Positions 27,210 through 32,000 of a DNA stretch of 32,000 nt are shown here, one piece after another. The translations under genes and the position numbers were made by a program. Under the pieces are notes generated by a model. It had not been told where the DNA came from. It ran no database searches and saw only the letters and a program-made list of their open reading frames with translations. The stretch spans positions 7,386-39,385 of the forward strand of contig JAAYSJ010000158.1 in assembly GCA_012518395.1 (NCBI GenBank), given 5' to 3'. Position 1 is the stretch's first letter. Every line of letters begins with the position of its first letter. This DNA is from Clostridiales bacterium. GTDB lineage: Bacteria > Bacillota > Clostridia > Caldicoprobacterales > UBA3941.

Positions 27210-27815
27210 ATGAGGGGAATCGACAGGATCAGCGAGAGGATTCTGGAGGAAGCACGGGCCGAAGCCAATCGTATCGTTGAAGAGGCACAGGAAAAGGCTC
27301 GCTCTTTAAAGGCGGAAAGAGCCGAACGGGAAAAGAAGAACAGCGAAGTCATAGAAAAAAAGAATATAGAAGAAGCCGATGAGAGAAAACGCAGGATGCT
27401 AGCCTCTGCCGGCATGGAAATGCGAAAAGAAATCTTATTTCATAAGCAAGAAATGATCGATCTGGTAATGGAGAAGGCGAAACAGGAGATATTAGATATG
27501 CCAAGGGACGAATATCGCCAGATAATATATCGCATGCTTTTAGATACTGCCCAGGGGGACGAAGAAGTTTATTTCTCTTCAGCTGATGAAGAAAGGCTGG
27601 ATCAGAGCCTGATAGACCAGGTAAATGCCGAACTTTCAGGTATGGGCAGAAAGGGAGCCCTTAAATTATCCCCTGACAGGGGAGATTTTGAAGGCGGATT
27701 TATCTTAAAGGCGGGGGGAATGGAGATCAATAATGCTTTTGGATCCATAATCAGAATGAACCGTGAACGTATGGAATCCCGGATTGCCGGGATATTGTTC
27801 GGGGAGGAAGGATGA
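27210..27815 (+). CDS. ntpE: V-type ATPase subunit E
   Basis: 201 aa with an N-terminal long helix (ISERILEEARAEANRIVEEAQEKA...) and a globular C-terminus. Its operon position follows K. Confidence 0.85.
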   Translation: MRGIDRISERILEEARAEANRIVEEAQEKARSLKAERAEREKKNSEVIEKKNIEEADERKRRMLASAGMEMRKEILFHKQEMIDLVMEKAKQEILDMPRDEYRQIIYRMLLDTAQGDEEVYFSSADEERLDQSLIDQVNAELSGMGRKGALKLSPDRGDFEGGFILKAGGMEINNAFGSIIRMNRERMESRIAGILFGEEG

Positions 27816-27819
27816 TAAA

Positions 27820-28824
27820 ATGCCTTTACCCAGTTATCCCTATGCGGCTGGTCGCATCTTCGTATTGGAAAACAAGCTCCTAAGCCGGGACAGGGTGGAA
27901 AGGATGGCAGAGGCTCCTACGGGGGAGGAAGCCCTTAAGGTATTAGCAGAGACTGAATATGGAGCCGGCATTGCCGAGATAGAAGGCCCTCATGATTATG
28001 AGAGTCTATTATCCTTTGAGATTCGCAGGATTCATAGTCTGATGGCGGAGATATCTCCGGATCCTGAGACTACGGATTTGTTCTTCCTAAAGTATGATTT
28101 TCATAACCTAAAGGTGCTTCTAAAGAGCAGGTACCTAGGGGAAGAACAGGATAGGCTACTGATAACCGCCGGGGTGACCCTATCTATCGAACTTTTAAAG
28201 ACAGCCATTAATGAAAAAGATTATGCCATGCTACCTCCTTATTTAGCAGAGGTCTTAGAAGAAATAGATGAGGCTATGGATAAGATAATTGACCCTGGAA
28301 AGATGGATACAATGCTGGACAGGGCAATGTTCTTACATATTTTTGATCTTTTAAAAAGAAGAAAAAATCGTTTTGCCCAGGATTACTTTATACGGCAAGT
28401 GGATCTTATCAATATAAGGTCTTTTTTAAGGATAAGAAAAATTGGTGAAGATTTTAGATTTTTAGAAAACCTGTTACTTCCCGGTGGTAAGCTGGATGAA
28501 GAATTCTTTGCGGCTGCAATGGAAGAACCGACGGAAAACATAGGTGACAGGCTAAAAGATTCGGAGTATAGCCAGGCGGTGAGCCGTGGTCTGGAGGATT
28601 TTATCAAGACCGGTTCATTGGCGGTGTATGAACGGCTTGTGGATGACTATCTGTTAAATTGGGTAAAAGCCGCCAGGTGGAACCCATCAGGGATTGAGCC
28701 CGTTATCGGATATTTACTGGCCAAAGAGAATGAAATAAGGATCATTCGTATTATAATGGTGGGAAAGACCAATAATTTACCTCCGGGTGTTATTCGGGAA
28801 AGGCTGCGTGACGTATATGTATAA
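27820..28824 (+). CDS. ntpC: V-type ATPase subunit C (d-subunit)
   Basis: 334 aa. The N-terminus YPYAAGRIFVLENKLLS and the helical repeats are typical of V-type C/d subunits. ATG 27820 follows the E stop by 4 nt, with GGGGAGGAAGG upstream. Confidence 0.85.
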   Translation: MPLPSYPYAAGRIFVLENKLLSRDRVERMAEAPTGEEALKVLAETEYGAGIAEIEGPHDYESLLSFEIRRIHSLMAEISPDPETTDLFFLKYDFHNLKVLLKSRYLGEEQDRLLITAGVTLSIELLKTAINEKDYAMLPPYLAEVLEEIDEAMDKIIDPGKMDTMLDRAMFLHIFDLLKRRKNRFAQDYFIRQVDLINIRSFLRIRKIGEDFRFLENLLLPGGKLDEEFFAAAMEEPTENIGDRLKDSEYSQAVSRGLEDFIKTGSLAVYERLVDDYLLNWVKAARWNPSGIEPVIGYLLAKENEIRIIRIIMVGKTNNLPPGVIRERLRDVYV

Positions 28825-29137
28825 GATTGGCGTAGTAGGTGACAGAGACTCCATATTAGGTTTTAAAGCCTTAGGTTTGGATGTTTTCCCCGTTTTAGAA
28901 CCTGATGAGGCTTCGGGGCTTATAAACAAGATGGCCAGGGAGAATTATGCCGTTATCTTTATAATAGAGTCTGTAGCTGCGGGGATCCATGAGACTATTG
29001 ATAGATATAAGAATGTCCCTTTCCCCGCTATAATACCTATACCCGGGAATCAGGGAAGTTTGGGATTGGGCATTGAAGAGATTAAAAAGAATGTGGAGAA
29101 GGCAATAGGCGCCGATATTCTTTTTGGTGATAAGTGA
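28817..29137 (+). CDS. ntpG: V-type ATPase subunit F (E. hirae NtpG equivalent)
   Basis: 106 aa: MYKIGVVGDRDSILGFKALGLDVFPV...AVIFIIE.... It overlaps the subunit C stop by 8 nt. Confidence 0.85.
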   Translation: MYKIGVVGDRDSILGFKALGLDVFPVLEPDEASGLINKMARENYAVIFIIESVAAGIHETIDRYKNVPFPAIIPIPGNQGSLGLGIEEIKKNVEKAIGADILFGDK

Positions 29138-29165
29138 TTAATAATTGAGAGAGGACAGATAACCT

Positions 29166-30938
29166 ATGCAGGGCGAGATTGTAAAAGTATCAGGGCCCCT
29201 TGTCGTAGCAAAGGGAATGGGTGACGCCAAGATGTTTGATGTGGTACGGGTAAGCAAACATCGGTTGATAGGCGAGATCATTGAGCTTCGCGGGGATATG
29301 GCATCAATACAGGTTTACGAGGAAACATCGGGTCTTGGTCCGGGGGAACCAGTGGAGACCACCGACGAAGCTTTGAGTGTGGAATTGGGCCCGGGACTTA
29401 TAGAATCAATATTTGACGGGATCCAAAGACCCTTAAATCTAATAAAGGAAAGAGCGGGGGACAGAATTACAAGGGGTATCGAAGTACCGGCACTTGATCG
29501 GAGCAGGGAGTGGGACTTTGTACCCAGGGTAAAGCCCGGTGACAGGGTTGCAGGCGGCTCTATAATCGGAATAGTTCAGGAAACTCAGGTAGTGGAGCAT
29601 AGGATCATGGTTCCGGTGGGAGTAGAGGGAATAGTTGAATGGATCCATGAAGGCAAAGCTACTATAGTTGATCCTATCATAAAGATTAAAGATGGTAATG
29701 ATACGATTACAGAGATCGCCATGCTTCAAAGAGCCCCCGTTCGTATAGGGAGAAAATTTAAAGAAAAATTGGCTCCAATTGAGCCCATGATAACGGGGCA
29801 AAGGGTTATAGATACATTTTTCCCGGTCGTTAAAGGCGGGGTGGCAGCTATACCCGGACCTTTTGGCAGTGGAAAGACGGTAGTACAACACCAGCTGGCT
29901 AAATGGGCTGATGCTGATATCATCGTTTATGTGGGTTGTGGTGAGCGTGGCAACGAAATGACCGACGTTCTGATGGAATTCCCGGCCCTCGAGGATCCCA
30001 GAACCGGAAGACCTTTGATGGAAAGAACAGTCCTTATAGCCAATACATCGGATATGCCCGTCGCTGCTCGTGAAGCATCTATATATACGGGTATCGCTAT
30101 CGCAGAATATTTCAGGGATATGGGGTATAGCGTGGCGTTGATGGCAGATTCTACATCCCGATGGGCTGAAGCCTTAAGAGAAATTTCCGGGCGCCTGGAG
30201 GAGATGCCCGGTGAGGAAGGATACCCTGCTTATTTAGGTTCCAGGTTATCCGAATTCTACGAGAGGGCAGGCAGGGTTACTTGTATGGGAGACGATGATA
30301 GGATAGGATCGATTAGTGCCATAGGTGCTGTTTCACCCCCTGGCGGCGATATTTCCGAGCCGGTAACCCAGGCAACCTTGCGTATAGTAAAGGTCTTTTG
30401 GAGGCTTGATTCTGCTTTAGCATCCAGCAGACACTTTCCTGCTATCAATTGGTTGGAAAGCTATTCTTTATATCTGGACAGGGTGAACCAGTGGATGGGA
30501 GACCATGTTTCAGACGACTGGAATGAATTAAGAGCCGAGGCCATGAGACTTTTGATAAAGGAAGCCGAACTGGATGAGATCGTCAGACTGGTAGGGATAG
30601 ATGCCCTATCCCTGAGGGACAGATTGATATTGGAGACCGCCAGATCCTTAAGGGAAGACTACCTTCATCAGAACGCTTTCCATGATGTGGATACCTTCAC
30701 AGATCTGAATAAGCAGTATAAGATATTAAAACTTATTATGGAATTTAACGAATTAGGTCAAAAGGCATTGGAATCGGGGGCAGAACTGGATAAGATCATA
30801 TATCTTCCCATCAGGGAGAGGATAGGTCGTGCCAAATATACCCCTGAAGAAGAAATAGATGTCCTTGACGAAATTATGGAAGAACTGCAAAAGGAAATGT
30901 CATCCCTGATAGTGGAGGGAGGATTGGAATATGCTTAA
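29166..30938 (+). CDS. ntpA: V-type ATPase catalytic subunit A
   Basis: 590 aa with Walker [10 protein letters not shown], Walker B-region [15 protein letters not shown], and the non-homologous insert typical of A subunits. Confidence 0.95.
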   Translation: MQGEIVKVSGPLVVAKGMGDAKMFDVVRVSKHRLIGEIIELRGDMASIQVYEETSGLGPGEPVETTDEALSVELGPGLIESIFDGIQRPLNLIKERAGDRITRGIEVPALDRSREWDFVPRVKPGDRVAGGSIIGIVQETQVVEHRIMVPVGVEGIVEWIHEGKATIVDPIIKIKDGNDTITEIAMLQRAPVRIGRKFKEKLAPIEPMITGQRVIDTFFPVVKGGVAAIPGPFGSGKTVVQHQLAKWADADIIVYVGCGERGNEMTDVLMEFPALEDPRTGRPLMERTVLIANTSDMPVAAREASIYTGIAIAEYFRDMGYSVALMADSTSRWAEALREISGRLEEMPGEEGYPAYLGSRLSEFYERAGRVTCMGDDDRIGSISAIGAVSPPGGDISEPVTQATLRIVKVFWRLDSALASSRHFPAINWLESYSLYLDRVNQWMGDHVSDDWNELRAEAMRLLIKEAELDEIVRLVGIDALSLRDRLILETARSLREDYLHQNAFHDVDTFTDLNKQYKILKLIMEFNELGQKALESGAELDKIIYLPIRERIGRAKYTPEEEIDVLDEIMEELQKEMSSLIVEGGLEYA

Positions 30939-32000
30939 AGAGTACAGGACAATTACAGAGGTTGTAGGACCCCTCATCCTTGTGGAAGGAGTTGAAGGGG
31001 CTACCTTTAATGAATTGGTAGAGATAGAACAACGAGCCGGTGAAATCCGGATGGGTCGGGTGCTGGAAGTGGACGGAGACAGAGCCGTAGTACAGCTTTT
31101 TGAGGGCTCCCAGGGACTTCAGATATCTAAAAGCAAGGCAAGGTTCTTAGGAAGAGGTATAGAACTGGCTGTATCACCGGATATGCTGGGAAGGGTCTTT
31201 GACGGAATGGGCAGGCCTATTGATAATGGGCCTAACCTAATTGCGGTTAAAAGGCTGGATATAGAGGGTGAGGCTATAAACCCCTATGCCAGAGATTATC
31301 CGGAGGAATTTATCCAAACCGGTATATCTGCTATTGACGGGCTTAATACTCTTGTCCGTGGTCAAAAATTGCCTGTTTTCTCAGGTTCCGGGCTGCCCCA
31401 TGCCCAGCTGGCAGCGCAGATCGCCCGGCAAGCCAAAGTTTTGGGTTCGGGAAGCAATTTTGCCGTAGTCTTTGCTGCTATGGGAATAACCTTTGAAGAA
31501 GCGGATTTTTTTATCTCAGATTTTCGTAAGACAGGGGCTATTGATCGGGCAGTACTTTATATGAACCTAGCCAATGACCCTGCTATTGAAAGAATAGCCA
31601 CCCCCAGGATGGCTCTGACCGCTGCGGAATATTTGGCCTTTGATTTAGGGATGCATGTTCTTGTTATAATGACGGATATGACCAACTATGCAGAGGCTTT
31701 GAGGGAGACTTCCGCAGCCAGAAGGGAAGTGCCCGGGCGAAGAGGATATCCCGGCTATATGTATACCGACCTTGCTTCTATGTATGAACGGGCGGGAAGG
31801 ATTAAGGGAAAGGAAGGATCTATTACCCAGATTCCCATCCTCAGCATGCCTGAAGACGATAAGACACACCCGATTCCGGATCTGACCGGCTATATTACGG
31901 AGGGTCAGATCATTTTGAGCAGGGAGCTTCATGGCAAGGGAATCGTTCCGCCTATTGATGTCCTGCCTTCGTTGTCCAGGCTGAAGGATAAGGGGATAGG
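30931..32000 (+). CDS. ntpB: V-type ATPase subunit B (5' portion; continues beyond the window)
   Basis: My own frame-1 translation from ATG 30931 gives [23 protein letters not shown]...[12 protein letters not shown]...[14 protein letters not shown]...[15 protein letters not shown]...[13 protein letters not shown]...[25 protein letters not shown], open to nt 32000. It is not in the ORF track because no stop is reached. It overlaps the subunit A stop by 8 nt. Confidence 0.93.
   Translation, partial: MLKEYRTITEVVGPLILVEGVEGATFNELVEIEQRAGEIRMGRVLEVDGDRAVVQLFEGSQGLQISKSKARFLGRGIELAVSPDMLGRVFDGMGRPIDNGPNLIAVKRLDIEGEAINPYARDYPEEFIQTGISAIDGLNTLVRGQKLPVFSGSGLPHAQLAAQIARQAKVLGSGSNFAVVFAAMGITFEEADFFISDFRKTGAIDRAVLYMNLANDPAIERIATPRMALTAAEYLAFDLGMHVLVIMTDMTNYAEALRETSAARREVPGRRGYPGYMYTDLASMYERAGRIKGKEGSITQIPILSMPEDDKTHPIPDLTGYITEGQIILSRELHGKGIVPPIDVLPSLSRLKDKGI

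Noticed and set aside
975-30448. The many other 60-150-aa ORFs in the track that lie antisense to, or out of frame with, the large genes (e.g. 1418-1756, 2696-3340, 3398-3967, 4828-5907, 15027-16255, 18135-18587, 24337-25300, 26833-27415, 29439-29923)
   Set aside because: Each lies fully inside a CDS with clear family-level homology on the other strand or frame. Their translations are low-complexity with no recognisable motifs, and none has a convincing SD.
31286-31932. Track ORFs 31286-31468 (+) and 31645-31932 (-)
   Set aside because: Both lie inside the frame-1 V-ATPase B-subunit reading frame, which starts at 30931, stays open to the window end and has unmistakable B-subunit motifs.
1-32000. 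Mobile elements, CRISPR arrays, tRNA/rRNA genes, toxin-antitoxin or defence gene cassettes
   Set aside because: I found no transposase, integrase or recombinase-like ORFs, no regularly spaced 25-40-nt repeats and no tRNA-like sequences in the intergenic regions. All sizeable ORFs have housekeeping or sporulation assignments.

Overview
The window reads as core chromosome of an endospore-forming Firmicute, probably a Clostridia or Thermoanaerobacterales-like organism with GC in the low 40s. Almost everything is on the + strand. I found no tRNA or rRNA genes, CRISPR arrays, transposases, phage genes or recognisable defence systems.

Gene order:
- veg, then a SipL-like DUF3794/LysM coat morphogenetic protein, then ispE.
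- A convergent minus-strand methionine/one-carbon operon: a yitJ-type homocysteine methyltransferase-MTHFR fusion plus a stand-alone pterin-binding methyltransferase.
- A MobA-like nucleotidyltransferase and a membrane protein with a degenerate GGDEF domain.
- A sporulation/germination block: spoIIR, sleB, ypeB and an alpha/beta-type SASP. The SASP is 58 aa, so it falls below the ORF-track cutoff.
- ddl, murI and a DUF1934 protein.
- About 650 nt of non-coding sequence, then rho, which carries a ~145-aa hydrophilic insertion.
- ytvI, rpmE, a DUF1385 protein, prmC and prfA.
- A ZIP metal transporter, sua5/ywlC, ywlE and upp.
- A V-type ATPase operon in the order G/H-I-K-E-C-F-A-B. The B subunit runs off the window and is absent from the ORF track.

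Several ORF-track starts are too far upstream; I re-placed them using Shine-Dalgarno spacing.

I did not find a convincing novel multi-gene system. The items most worth a second look are:
- the structured met-operon leader, which has no recognisable S-box;
- the methionine-synthase-like module with no corrinoid domain in view;
- the long ORF-free rho leader and the Rho insertion domain;
- the catalytically degenerate GGDEF protein next to spoIIR;
- the phased 14-nt GTTAG repeats upstream of the ZIP transporter;
- the Na+-type V-ATPase sitting where the F-type atp operon lies in Bacillus.
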